Of a DNA stretch of 64,000 bases, positions 20,001 through 33,700 are shown piece by piece. The DNA comes from Catajapyx aquilonaris (lineage: Eukaryota). The notes beneath the pieces were generated by a model, which saw only the letters and a program-made list of their open reading frames with translations, made no database searches and had not been told where the DNA came from. The number at the start of each line of letters is the position of its first letter. Position 1 is the stretch's first letter. The translations under genes and the position numbers were made by a program. The DNA is taken from NCBI GenBank assembly GCA_000934665.2, contig JYFJ02001744.1, forward strand, positions 1 to 64,000, read 5' to 3'.

Positions 20001-23000
20001 CGCATTCCCTGCTGTGATTGTGTAAGCATGGAAAGCGTCTCTTCCGGCCGATGGGACATCCGGTACTTGCTTAAACTCGTTGGTGACACGGACAAAAATC
20101 GCTGCAATACCGGTACGCGGATTCCTCACGTGTGTGCGGGGTCACTACGACTTACGTATTACACTAACCTTGTTTCATGCATAACGGTCCCGTCCGGTCC
20201 TGCTGATTAGCATTCGACACGTCTGCACCTGTTGTCTGTATTCCAGATTCGTATAAACATGAAGCGTGATTGAAATTTCGTAACGCGTTAATTATCCGGA
20301 TATGGATTTTTTTTCTCTCCCAATTTTTTAAAAGATTTCAAGTAAAAATCCCTGAGGTGAGAGTGAAAACCTGGGTGGCAACCCCAATATTTGCAGGCAC
20401 GCAAGAGTGCATTTTCTCGTCCAGCACTGCTCTTTTCCCCTCAAAAGTACAGTCCATTGCCTCTTACGCAACAGTCCTCCGGTCGTTTTACAGGCAGCCA
20501 CAAGAAGAAAGAGGCGGATTGTTGCTTTCGAAACAAGGGGGGACTGCCATGGCTCTGCTGCTGCCAGCCGTGGCCTCAAATGATTCCCTGGCTAGCCGCC
20601 ACCTCCTCCTCTTCCATTTAGCAATCGCCTAGAAAGCCCGCAGAATCAGGAAGAGAACTGGCCACGTGATCATCGCTGGTACGTGTTGAGTTTACGGGAA
20701 AATGGGCGCGATCGCATCGGTACATGTGTCCAAATGTCCACTGGTTGGACCCTTAGCCTGGATTAAACGTTGATACCGGGGGAACATATGATTGCCCTTG
20801 ATTGCTCTTAGGGCGCACCGTTGCCCTTGATACCAATTATTACAGGTAACCAACAGAGCAACAACACAGTCTCCACATAAGCATCTGCATCTTATGTTGA
20901 ATGAATTTGAATTGTATCTCTCTCGTAAAACTGTGCTGCTTTGCTTCGGAGTTGTTTATTTCCGCCTTGAGGTGATGCAAGGATTTCAGACCGGCTTGGT
21001 GGGGGTTGCTAGACTGGGTGACCACGATGGCTAATCCTCACCCGCCTGTCTGCTGTCCAGGCTAAAATAGGTAGGTCCGATGTGATGTGGGACAGTTTCT
21101 GTACATTACGTACAGTATTCATTATTTTCTATTAACAATTAATGGGCAATAACAGCTGGTAGTGAGGTACACGACCGAATCTTGGACCAAACGCATTAGT
21201 GTGTCCCTATAGATATACACGCGGCAACACATACGACCCATTTTTGTAGGCAACTCTAGATTGTCACGCGCATATGCAGTGGCTGCCTATGGAGCAGGAT
21301 ATGCCAGAGGACATATGAGCGTAATAATGACTATTAATGTGATTTTGCTTTCGCAGCAGTGATCTCCAGGCCCATTTCCTGCTTCCTAGGCAACCACTGC
21401 ATTTGCGTGTGACAGCCATACAAAAATGTATTTTGTTGTGTAGGGGCAGGCAATCTTACATCAAGATATCAATAAATTCTGCATAATTATGAGGACATCG
21501 TATTGCAAATCATCCCCCGGGGAATTGAATATAAATTTTACAATTGACTGAATCCAGGATTGGTTACAGGCACGTTTTACCTTATAAAGAAGGTGGAGAG
21601 TTTAATGTCTGGCAAGGAGCGACCCGGCACACATTCACAAGAGACTCACCCAGCATGAGGAAAGGCGCGGCCATGTTGATGCCGATGAACTCCAGCCCAC
21701 AGTACATGATGAGTCCAAAGGCGGCCCCTGATCCTATGGTGGCGGAGATGACTCCAGCCAGGCCCAGCCAGGGCTTGGATCGCACCCAGTCGGCCATCAT
21801 GCAGGTGGTGATGGAGAAGACCACCATGATGAGGACTGTGATGCTGAAGTAGGGCATGACGGTGGAGGTGTTCCGCTCCAGCTCCGTGGCCAAGGTTCGG
21901 GCGCAGAACCGGGCCACGGTCACCTCCTGGAATTCGCTCTTCTCCAGGGTTTCCAGGAGGGCCGTCTCCCACATGTTGCCTCTATTCGTGTCATCAAGAA
22001 GGAGTCGCCGCCGCCGCAGCGCGACAGGAGAGGATAATAAAAATTAGTGTATGGACAGAGTGAAAATTGCAACAAAGGGAGGGGAACGACTAACACCAGG
22101 TTGCGTTTTCTCCCATATTTGTGTCATGTTCCGCCACCGGGTGCACCAGCCATAATTAAAGCGCGGGGGGGAAGAGCTGAAGTCAGTGGTCAGCATCTGT
22201 GTCATTGCAATTTCTTAACGCGAGAGGAGGACGAAAGAGCAGTGATGATTATGTGTGTAACAGCAATAAAAGCTCATTATAATGGAGATAATTAGGGAAG
22301 ATAATGAAGGCAGGCGATTAAAGGCAATTTGAGAGAAAGAATGATACACGATAAGGAAACGACCGTATCATTTTTTGAAAACGTGACCTGTTATATGCCC
22401 TGGTTGCAGGGAGGAGTATTCGCATCGGTGATATGAAAACTCAGTCACGATGTGTGCTGGTTTTGTTTAGAAACTGTTGTTCCAGTATTTGACCTTGGCA
22501 TTGGAAAGCTATGAGACAGTGATGAAATTAGAATTATTTTGAAACAAATTGTAATTTTGACTAACATCGGCACAAAATACTGCTCATCTGTACAATACTG
22601 TTTTTCTCCCTTTGCATTACATTAGTTACGAAATATTATGAGAGCAGCAAAAGATCTGTTACACCGGAACAATATTTGCATATCGAGTTGCTTTTTTTCT
22701 TCTGTGAATTGATACCACACATGATTGAAATGACCTCAGGGGGTTTGTGAGTTCAGCTCTTCAGATTTGTTGCCACCAATTTCCACGTGCTGTCAAGTAC
22801 ATTAATTAGTGTGCCGTTAAATGGTGTTGAAGGAGCATGAGTGAGTTGGTACAACAATCCTTTACAGAACGCATGCAATTTGCCCACGTTGGATTTTCGA
22901 AAGCGCCGCCCCCTTTGGAAAAAACAGCCAGCATCGAATGTTAGTCTATTGTGAAGAATTTCTTTCATCCACGAAAGCTTTAACTTGTACTTTCAAATGG

Positions 23001-24815
23001 AAAGTGAATCTCACAGGAGAACAACAGTTGAGTGGGAAGGAAATGACTCCGAAATTATTTACATCCAATCAGATTGGTATATGGCGTGAAAATCGTCACG
23101 GTGTGACCAGCCATTCCCAAATATACCAAATGTAACTGCACCGTGACTTGACAAGTCTTAAATTTTGGCTTCAAATATAATTTGCTCGCATTTTTAAATG
23201 TGCCAACAGAAAGTGACATCCGAAGCCCCACCTGTCCTACTTGTGAGCCCTTATCCATGTCCAAACGGGCGTAATATGATTCAATACAAAAAGCTATGGG
23301 ATGTGACCCAACTGGCCATCCCTGCCAAAAAAAGGTAAACAAAAAAAACCACACCGCCAAGCCAGCTCTCGAGAGAAAGTGGACCTGCACAAGCCCATTT
23401 TAAACGCTATGTACAAGACTATACTATTTATTATGCGACGTCCATTGGAGCTGCTGGGCTTGGGGATTCGTTCCTTACCGTTGCATTATTGGATCTCGTC
23501 TGTAAGACCTGGAATTAGACGAGTGCCTCTATCATCTCCGTACTGTGTCTTTTTCCATCCACACGTATACATGTGTATTGTATGCACAGGACTGTACAAG
23601 AGAAGTGGCCTGCAGACCAGATAGTCTGTACAATAGTATTTCTCTACATGTACAGTACAAGTGTGGTTTCGTGGATGTGCTCACCTGTCGTCCTCCTTCT
23701 TGGTGTTGGTGGCCACGAAATAGTTGAGAATGAGCGCCTTGACCTCCAGCACTGTCCCCACTTCGCTGATGGTCACACCCCCAAAGGAAAAGGGAAAGGC
23801 GTAGGTGTTGAAGGTGACTGGGTTGAGCATTATGGGATAGGTGAGGTTCATCTTCCGGGTTTCGATGTCCTCCATCAGGTCGCCCAGCTCCAGGACATCG
23901 TTCTCGTAGCAGCGTTCGTCCGACACCGCACAAATATCCTCATATTTGTACCTGCCATGGATTTGTTTGCATATTAACATGTCAGAAACTGTGAAATTGT
24001 GTTAAACCGTTCTCTGGCTCATAAGCAGTTACTGCGATGCATCTTGAAATTTTTACAGTATAAAACCACAATGAATAAATTCGTTATAAAGAGAACCCGT
24101 GTATATTTGCAAAAGAGAAATTAATGCATGTAATCATTAACGACATAGATGTTTATATGAGATAAGCCTGAGAAACAGAGAGAGCGTGGTGCAACATACC
24201 CTAAATTGGGAAGCGAACTGGGGGAAACAGACGGTATAATACTGACCTGACAGCATCCCACTCGAAGGTGATGTCGTGCAGCAGCTTATCAACCCTGAGG
24301 ATATCATCCCAGATGGTCTTCCTGAGCAAACTCCCACCATCTTTGGCCAATATGATCAGCCTGGCGAACCGTCCAGGACGTGTGATCCGTCCAGGATGGA
24401 ACTGACCACTGTAGTTCATCGGAAAGTGCTCCTCTATCACCGACCTCTCCATCCTGCAACACCAACAAAGGGTTAAGACAACTGTCCTATACACTACTAA
24501 TATTTCGCCCACAATTCACACCATCACATATGGTTCCGTCACAGTTCGCCTGATGCACACTCGGCCGCCGACAACTCCAAGTGTGCATCGGGCGAATTGG
24601 TATGATACCATTACATACTTGGCCTCCCCGTTGATCGGCGAGAAGAGGTACTCGGGGTCATCCTCGTATCTGAGCCTTTGTATACCAGTGGCCAGTATGA
24701 GCGCCACGAAGATGGGCACTATGATGAAGTACGATGGACGCTTGCCGATCTGGTATCCCAGCCAGTAGAAGCTCTTGGTCAGAAGCTGGTCCATGATGCA
24801 CACTCGGGTTAACAT
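17073..24815 (-). CDS. Ptr: Patched-related / PTCHD3-like sterol-sensing-domain membrane protein. Exons 24815-24619, 24453-24247, 23951-23685, 21981-21650, 19514-19314, 19016-18151, 18086-17073; 3084 nt, ~1027 aa
   Basis: APFLMLG|IGIDDTFVMLAAWRRT (SSD GxxxDD motif), MCIGFSVDFSAHISY, VFHPYFVFFDQ, many TM helices; all six introns are GT-AG and phase-consistent. Confidence 0.93.
21238..21428. mobile_element. Palindromic MITE-like element in Ptr intron
   Basis: TGTCACGCGCATATGCAGTGGCTGCCTATGGAGCAGGA (21262-21299) pairs with 21377-21414; outer arms CATTTTTGTA/TACAAAAATG. Confidence 0.65.
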
Positions 24816-26942
24816 CTTGCTGCTGGCCACCACACCGACTGCTGCGGATTACGACGGGACATGATTAACCTTGGAGTGAGAGTGACCAAATCTCGGCTAC
24901 TTTTTTATTTCACAGCGATTTGGAAAAAGCGGGGCAGCACTTCCACCTCCGACTGGGGGATGCGAACCCGCCTTCTGACCCGGTTCGAACTTACACGACT
25001 AACATCCCATTCTTTGCCGGACGCCTTGTTTTAATTGCCGACAGTAGTGTTGGAGGGCTCCCGTGGGAAGAGTGAAAAGAGGTGCTATATGACGTCATCA
25101 GATGGGAGTGAAACGCTCGCTTTTTTTCTCTCTCTCTCAGAGTTCTTTCTACTTCATATGTACACGACTGGTTACATTGCGTGGACATGTACTACTCTAA
25201 TTTTGTAAGCGCGGTTTGCAAAATTTGGGAGCACTTTTTTGCGTCAGTATGCACACTCCAGATATTTATGAGCGTAAACAAGTGTGAGCTGAATTTTAAA
25301 ACTCAACTTGAGCAATTTTTGGAATAGAGAATGGAAATTACTTGTAAACGAGCGTATGAATAGAATTGAGTGAAATTCGTTTATTTTGCATACCCCAGTC
25401 GAATTATCACCCTTAATTATTTTTTTTACATACGTTTTCTTATCGTACTGTACATGATCATACATCCGGGCCTAAAGTTCGATTTTACGAGTTGGTCTCT
25501 AAATTAATAAATAATGAGGGCACATTTCGAGTCGAATTTCGATTGAACAATCATTCCAATAAACTATTCAAACATATTTTAACGTGCAAGGCGGACTTAA
25601 CCTCGTGGGAGTGAAAGTGCACTTCATTATGTAGGGCACAGATCCAATCGTTAGATTTATTTCGGAAGGAAATGAGTAGGCAAATGCTGCGACCTGGCGC
25701 GTTATTTTTCCTGAGGGTCAAGGATTGACACTTTTTTCCAGGGAGTGTTGGGTCCATTTCCTGCAACGCTTTTACCAACGCAACGCCCTGTCTCACCCAG
25801 AAACTTTCTTTCAGGGGAGAACTATACGAGAGCGGTCGATAGTTCAGCGCTAGTTGGTCTGAATTTGCCGCCATGCATTTTGCGCGCATGCAATGTCGCG
25901 TCAGGTGAACGCACATCAACGCACATAAATATACGGGGAGCCACCTGCGTGCATGCACCTTGATAAACAAGAGTGCCGTCATCACCTGGGCAGGTAACAA
26001 AAAAAAAGGAGAATAGAGAAGGAAAAAAAAAGGAGCAACCTACTTGAGCACTTGATAGGAAATACAGGTGTAGCTGCGACGCTCTGTAAGCCTGACAAAC
26101 AACCTAGTTTACTTGGAATGATGGGCAAAAACTAAAGGCTGAATCAGGGTGAGGAACTTATTAAGGTGTATATACTGTATAAGAATCTAGGTGTTTCAAT
26201 ACCGAGGTCGCAAATTGAGGATTTTATGTAAATTATCAGGCAACTCGTTAAAATTGTCCGAATAATTAGGTTGCAATTGAATTATTCGATGACTAATTGT
26301 TGTTACTCTATTAACAATTCAGGCATTCCCACAGGACCAGCTTTTCCAATCGAGAAAGCTTATTTGCCACCTGGTTTTTCGCACCAATTGTCTTTTTTCA
26401 CAAGGGACCAACTGGCACAACGTTGACAGATAAATTGCGATGTACTCTATCCAGCCAAAAAAAGGCGAGACAACTAACAAGTTCCGTTTAAATATTAGTT
26501 TGGTCAACAATTAGTTTCCACTCCCTGGATGAATCTCCCAACATCCCATTGAACTTATTTTTTCAGACAAATTGTCTGGAAAATCTTACAAGTATGTTAC
26601 GCTTATTCAAATGTGCAAATGAACACCTTTTCACTGGTTACAAAACTTGGCGCACTTCACCGTGACACAATTTGTCGCCGTGTCGTTCACATCTCAACCC
26701 AGACGTCCGGACAAAAACCCCCAAATTTCTACACGACCTTCTGACCCCTTGCCTACACACATGGCTGCCCTTTACAAACGAGTCCACTCTTTGGTGTGTG
26801 GGGAAAATGAAAAATTATAATTACACGACACGATCTCTCCCCGAAAAGTTCCCTCTCTGTCATAGAAGGTGAGGCCGGATAGTAGGTTTCTAAATAAAGT
26901 AGCACGAACCCCCTCTTCAAATCGTCTCTTCCGCTCACTCAC

Positions 26943-26955
26943 CTGGTGTCTCTAC
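26943..26955 (-). other. Candidate 13-nt 5'UTR micro-exon of Ptr (GTAGAGACACCAG)
   Basis: Minus strand reads branch point GCTAAT, pyrimidine tract cccttggttgctttcacag, the 13-nt exon, then a consensus donor CAG|GTGAGT. Confidence 0.55.
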
Positions 26956-28306
26956 CTGTGAAAGCAACCAAGGGATTAGCAGTGGACCAGGTTGAGCCAA
27001 ATTTGGCCCAATATACTATGATGGCATTGCACCAAAAACAGATTTCTGGGATGTCCTAGGTGAAAGCAGGAACTTCCATATCTTTTTTTTTCCTTCCCAG
27101 CTCTTTCTTAGAACCTCTTCCTTGGGACCATTTTAAAAAAAAGGATTTCCGGGAATGCTTTTTGGTTTGCTTTTGTTGCAACGTCCCGTTGAGTGCCTGC
27201 AATTTACTCAGCAATTGTAGTAGAACAGATCTTGAGTGGTTCAAGGGCAGGGCCGCGTGTCGACCGCCAACGGGTTTTGCGGTGACAAAAATCAAGCATT
27301 TCTAATCAAAGTAACGGTGGCGACTATTTTCAGAAGGGGATTTGAAAGATTGGCATATTCGGAGCAAGGTGCTGTATTGTTCAGAGAGTCATACATTATT
27401 GAGGTTGAGATAACATCCGGGTTTGAAGTTATAACCAGGCGTGAAATTCGCGGGGAAAAAAAATTCTTTCGCCAACGCAGAAAACTAGAGCACACGATTT
27501 TGACACCTTTCCTTTGTTTTTTTGGGACAAATGTATGTTATTAGCGTAATTGCGCGATGACACCGGTAATTAAGTTATTTGCCTGCATTGCGCTCAATTA
27601 TACAATTGCAAAATGTACCGTTTCGTTTGAAATTGCCAACGACCTTCCGCAACGGTACACAAGGTTTTCACAAGACCCATATAATATTCCTGCAGATTAC
27701 CTAACGGTCTGGGACCAATATCGCTTAATTGCATTGACCAAATCTTCCCATCCCGGAGATGAGGATTTTCGGCCAGTGCAGTGCAGTGACCGCGTTTATT
27801 TTGGGCACCTGGACCTTCAAAAAGGGGGCCGAGGTGAATGGCAAATCTCATGCAGCAGGATCCATTACTAAGCACGTCCCATTTTCACCTCCCCCAACTA
27901 AGGTAGTCCTTTCCCTTGTCCTTTCTTCGGACACTGAGGATGGCGAACGTGGCGCGCGTGCCAAAGAAGGACGTCACTAAAAGGTTACAGAAGTTCCTGG
28001 GTCACTCGACTGACACCACCAGGTGACAGGTGTTGTACACAACAAGAGAATTGCATCCTGGGAGGGAAACCACCAAACCGGACCTGCTTCATCATCACTG
28101 TAACAATTTCAGTCGTACTCTTAGAAACTAGTGAAAGACCTTTTCCAAGAAGTTGTGAGAACACGCGAATCGTCAAGTAGGCTACTGCAGAACCGCCTTA
28201 TTTTTTTAAAAAAAATTGAATATTCCAAGTGTCTGTCCCAATATCTAGCAGGATAGTCTAATAAAAATTGCATATAGGCAGAAGCAATTAAGCGAATGCT
28301 ATAGTA

Positions 28307-28418
28307 CAGGGTGACCCCTGGACACGTATAGGTAGTTGTATTGTATTGTTGATTGACAATTTTCAACCAACAATAAAAGACAATATTACATATGTGACCA
28401 GAATTTAGGGACACCCTG
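28307..28418. mobile_element. Mariner-type mini-MITE
   Basis: TA|CAGGGTGACCCCT ... AGGGACACCCTG|TA. Confidence 0.6.
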
Positions 28419-29981
28419 TATAGGCCCATATACATCAGAAGCAATTTATATGGCATTATTAAAGTAACCTATACGCACTATAATTGTGCTTCAAACTCTA
28501 AGATTCATAAATCATTTCTGCACTGCATCCATATGGTCCTCTAGTTATCAGTAAAAAAATCTAGTTGCATTTTTTTGTAGATAGTGCAACTTCTGCTTGA
28601 GCTAACAACATGGATGCAACGGGTTTTGGCACAAGGGATGGGTATCTTCATTCGGACGTTTTACCCATTGTGCGAGCAGTGATAAAACAATCATCGCTTC
28701 ATCCACGCGTTTTATGGGGACGAGCAACAAAAGCAGGGCAACACAAGCTCTATTTCTCCAGGAAATATAATATGCCGCGACAAAAAAAAAAAAAAAAAAA
28801 TCTGTTCACCGTGATGATTTAGGCTGCAATGGAGAAACCCTTGGTATAAGGACGTGCCGGAATCCACGTGAGACGTGAGACACAATTTCTAGGAGCATTT
28901 CCACGCCATAAATTCGCTCATACACGAGAAGGATTATGAGTCGTCGCTGATGCGATATTCTGCAACTAGGCCAGGTTTTTGCATCCGGTTTCTACGCAAA
29001 TTCATACCGCACAATTCGGCAAATTGGGTCTTGTGACAGTGCGGTGAAAGTAAAAAAAGATGGGCAATCACAAATAGGTGTTGTAACACGTTACCAATTT
29101 TTTTTTTCTACTCACAGTCAGACAATTTAATAACGACTGATCTGGTATATACCTGGGACAAGAGTACACTTTCACCCGGTACTAGTTAGAAACACTTGTT
29201 TTGCTCGCCTCCAAGTTCAGTGAACGATGAAGTGATTCAGTTTGAGCTCGAAGGTCACAATCTGCCCCAAAGTGAAAACTGCACTTCACAACAAGCAAGT
29301 GTCCATTCGGGTCGTTTGCCTCCTTCCCTTGGCCTTGGTTGCTCTTTTCACATATGCTAATTTATTAGCAAAATGGCCATGTGCGACCACTGCACTGTTC
29401 TAGAAAAATAAAGAAAACAAGACATGCAGCAGGCATTATACGTTATGCAACGACCGTTACATGGCATTCGGGTCCGAAATGTTAATTTTTGCGAAGAATT
29501 GTAACCTGCATAAATTCGCACATTGAAGTCTAATGATCAGACAAACTATCAAAAATTTTCTATATGCACATATTTTTCCTGCACCCTTTCCTTCCTGATG
29601 ATCCAGAATCCTGTCCAGAGAACTGGATTCGCAATATCTGGATTATCCGGAAGCATATCACCACCCCCCAATTAAATGTGAGCTTACTCAACGAGGAGGG
29701 GCTAAAATAATGGCAATTGCAGGCACTCCACAAATATTTACGGAGGAAAACCCTCGGAGACTTTCCCGGCATTATTGCAAGCCAGGTGAAACAGTCGACG
29801 CATTTTTTTTTTCTTCTTCGAGTTTATGGGAGAAAGTTCTCGCCGACTTGGTACGTCATCACAAATGCAAATGAGCGCTCCTCAGCATGTACGCTCCACA
29901 CATGCTTCCAATCAAGGAAGCGCTCTTTGAATCGTCCCAAATTATGTAAAAATCCAACCGATGGCCCCCGAAAAGACTCAC

Positions 29982-30321
29982 TGGTATATCCGTGTGTCCG
30001 ATGCACTGCGTACACTATACATGCAGGTGTCATGCCTTGTGTGTCCGAACCCGCCCTAGTGGCTCTTTTTCCGCACTGATTCCGTCGAAATTGCTGGGGC
30101 ACCTCCGTCTTAAAGACTCTCTTGGTTTCGCCTGCTGATGCCAACCCGGACCTCGCGAATTATATTGTTCACACGCACCAATAATTGCCGCTACGGAACC
30201 GGATGACCAAAAAACCCACCTTTTGCTACCTGATCCTAATCAGCATGGTATCGAAGTTGTGGATGGTACCGCTGCGTTGCACTCACACAACCGAGCACTT
30301 CCAAGTCCCGCAGGTGACTGA
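29982..30321 (-). promoter_or_regulatory. Inr+DPE core promoter (TSS ~30319) and candidate non-coding first exon of Ptr
   Basis: Minus-strand TCAGTC initiator (30321-30316), G at +24, GGTTG (within TCGGTTGT) exactly at +28..+32; GTGAGT donor at 29981; matching acceptor ctctcactccaag before 24869. Confidence 0.65.
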
Positions 30322-30356
30322 AGCTCGAAACCGGAGGATTCTTCTGGCGAGTGGCC

Positions 30357-30384
30357 ACCTACCTACCTACCTACCTACCCTACC
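30357..30384 (+). repeat. (CCTA)n microsatellite
   Basis: Directly visible; lies -38 to -65 from the predicted Ptr TSS. Confidence 0.9.
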
Positions 30385-30385
30385 T

Positions 30386-30746
30386 GGAGTGAAAGCAACC
30401 GCTTTACCAATGGCTGAGGGTCTCGCACCGAAGCCAGCGAATTAGAGGAGGTGGCCCATCCAAGCTGCTGCAATAGTCGTTATGTCTTTGTAGGTATAGA
30501 GTGATGCTTGATGCACTCTACTTGCGCTGCGGGCACTTGATCGTGCGTGGGGGAGGTCATGATCAGGTGCAAATTGGACATGGACCACTTCTTTGGCAGC
30601 TTGTTGCGGAGTGGCCAGCTAGCTGCTGGATGCCTGATGGTGGTGGTGTATTTCAGTAGGTCACTGGTGGATCGGAGGATTTAACTGGTACAATATGGCT
30701 TTCAGGGCACTGTGGCAGGCTAATTGGATGTACACTCTGTTTTTTT
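30386..30746 (+). ncRNA. Candidate structured non-coding RNA of unknown family
   Basis: Several mutually compatible helices with G-U pairs, a terminal stem and a T7 run; no promoter or family identified. Confidence 0.25.
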
Positions 30747-33700
30747 ATATCAGGGGCTTATAAATAGACGGGTCTGTGCTTGAAAGCAAAAGGCTTGGTG
30801 CACAGCAAGTTAAGATGTATAACTGCAGTTTATGTTAGTGTGCTGAAATGATATTCAATTTAATGCAAGCATAGCCATTTGAAGTTAATGATGTCACTTC
30901 CATTACTGAAATGGCACAGTAAAAATTGCGCTTGATTTTTGTTAGGCCTATCGCCTATAAGAATAATGCTAAATTGTGATCTATCTGACCACCTACTATA
31001 TACCATTAAGGAAAATGTGATGTTATATCATTTGATGAATCGTAAATTTCATTAAAATTTGGCAAAATACAACGTATGCAACAGCACAAATTCTTCTTCT
31101 AGATGTACCGACGACGGACAAATATTTTGTCCTGAATAATATATTTGCAACGATATTTTCATTACATTCTCTTATAGTGCAGTTGCACCTGTCAATGTTA
31201 TTCCACTTTACGCTCTTGAGTACAATCACCCGAACTACTAATCGCATTTTTTCTGGTGTTCTGAACGACCTACCTATCACCTACTAGTCACCTAACACGA
31301 GTACACCACCCACTAGTCAGCCTTCATTTCACCCTAAATTCTGGAGGGAATGGCGTAAAATGTCCTTGAGTTCATCCTGGCCAATGCGGCAACCTACACT
31401 TCACCTCGCATTTCAGTAAGTGCAGTATTACAGGAGTATTCTCCCCCCCCCCTCCCCCCCCCAAAAAAAAAGCACCAAAATAATGGCTCTTTAGAACGCA
31501 CCCTGGCGTGGCCCTTCATTTATAACTGGTACTGACAGACTTGCAACACTAACGAAACTTGTTGCGAAACGCAATTGCTATAGGAAATGCATGGAGAAAA
31601 ATGGAAGCAATGTGCGAACAAAACTTTCTCCATCCAATCAGAAGATGCTCGTGAATATTTATTTTTTTTCGTTTTATCATGAAAGTATCTCGTATTGGCA
31701 TCTTGCTTCCATTCTTCCTCTATTTGCCCTACAGACACGAATTTACGAACTGTATATAAATACAGTGAGAGTGTAGATAACAAATAATCGGGGACATACC
31801 GTACCTAATCAAATGTGAAGTGATACTCAATCAAATTTTAAGGTGCTGAACCAAAATTTTAAGCGATACAAATAATGAATGCAAAATACATCATAATAAA
31901 TGCGCACTAACAAGTCGGCCTCTGTAATTTCCCGAGAAACGATTGTGCTACAAAGCACCCCTGCAGGAGTCACCAATCTGTGACGACACAGTCCGTCCTT
32001 AGTAATAATTTTCACCTTGACAACACAGTTCGTGTCTTCCAATGGTCCCGGAAAAGAGGTATCATATACCGGTAGCTCATACCGGTTTGATTTTGCGCAA
32101 CAAGACCAGGGCTGGCAGGTAGCCTACTCTTTCTCAAAAAACGAAAAGCAGGCACATTTTATCATGTTGCTTACAAGACAAAGCCTGGTGACAAATCGTG
32201 GTTGCAACTTGGCGACAAGGAAATGACGCTTTATGTGGTACACAGTAAACAAGGTGTACCCCCATTTCGTGCATAAAATAATGTAGCCAGAACAACCTGG
32301 CATCAGTGCCAGGAGAATCTTTTGTGTCAATGGTTCCAAGAATGCTGGTCAAGGACGGTAACATTGACTGAGAGGGCAGGTGAAAAACTGCCTAGTTGGA
32401 ATTTAGAGCTGACCCTCGCTATTATTGTAAAGCGTTCCCTTCTGACACGCCCCTTTTCCCTCCTAAAAAAAGGGCATCTCCTGGGAAGTTGGGTAAGTGT
32501 GAAGAAGTTTTGGGACCCTTTGTCTGCAGGTCTTATAATGACGAGATTGAGCACTTTCCCAGAACTTGAAAAAAATATTTTATAGAAGGCTAGAGGGGCA
32601 CATTATATCATAAAAGCCAAGAGGAGACCAACGTGACGGACCGTGACACGAGCTCATAACTTGCGTCACGTACTTATGAACAGCTCATTAAGAATTTCAT
32701 AATAATTGAATTTCTTAGCCGATTATTATATAATATAATATATAATAATAACATAATAAATTTTATTTCCCTATACAAAGTAGTATTTGGAAAGACCATC
32801 CCCCTCCAAAACTTACATAACAATATCACATAGTTGTAATTTTTTCACTGCACATTAAAAAAATTTATATCTTAGCTGATTATTACATATTGCATAACAC
32901 ATTTCAAATTAGAGAGCTTGTTGCAGTGCACTGACCCTTGAAACGGAAGTAGCATAACTGCGTGGTTCCTTTTTTTCAAGGGGATGTAAAAGTGGAATCA
33001 GAAACCATGCTTTATCTGCCTCCATAAGCATCTAATGACACGTGCTCCTGCATGCATCAATCCACAGGACGAGTACCGTTAACATTTTCATTTTGCCACT
33101 AAAAGATTGTTAAATTTATTGCACCTTTATTGTTTTCCACACTTTCTTTCTCATGGATTTCCTTACCTGTCACTGGAACCAACAGTGGCAACAAAGGTAG
33201 CTTCCAAAAATTCAACAGATCCTCCCCATATTTTCCGATCCTTCGTTTTTTTTTTACTTGGTTCTGGACCTCTTGTCTGTAAGATGCAACGGGACCGGTT
33301 TTTTTTTGTTGTGGCCCCTACCTACAATGGGCCAGCTCAATTTTGTTGGAAGGCCCACCTGCGAGGAATTCCTGGCCGAGTTTAGTCGACAGGCATCCCA
33401 GCCAGGCAAGGAGGGCGGTAATATCCTTTTACCGCATCAAGCGACCCTGACCCAGAAGATCCAACCGTGCAGTTATTTTGGTCTTCGACCCCTAAGCCCA
33501 AAGACGAGGAAGAAGCAACACCCTCTCAGAATCCGTGTCAGGATCATCATTCATGGCAAAGGGGCATGGGAGGAACAAGAGGTTCCGTTAACTCATTTTG
33601 AATGACCAGTGGAGCGTTATATCAAGACACTCGCGTCTTCAGATCCCGATATGTGATGAAGAAAAGTTCCTGAGAGAGCGGTCATTTTTGGTCAGTCTCT

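Noticed and set aside
30357..30384. (CCTA)n as a telomerase template
   Set aside because: Does not match TTAGG or TTAGGG templates, has too many copies, and no U-rich/A-rich pseudoknot follows.
30300..30760. RNase MRP-like motifs (AAGTCCCG ... CAGGGGCTTA)
   Set aside because: The first lacks the GAAAGUCCCC consensus and a T7 run precedes the second.
33107..33605. Overlapping ORFs of 92 and 115 aa
   Set aside because: Non-ATG starts, no recognisable homology, no splice support.
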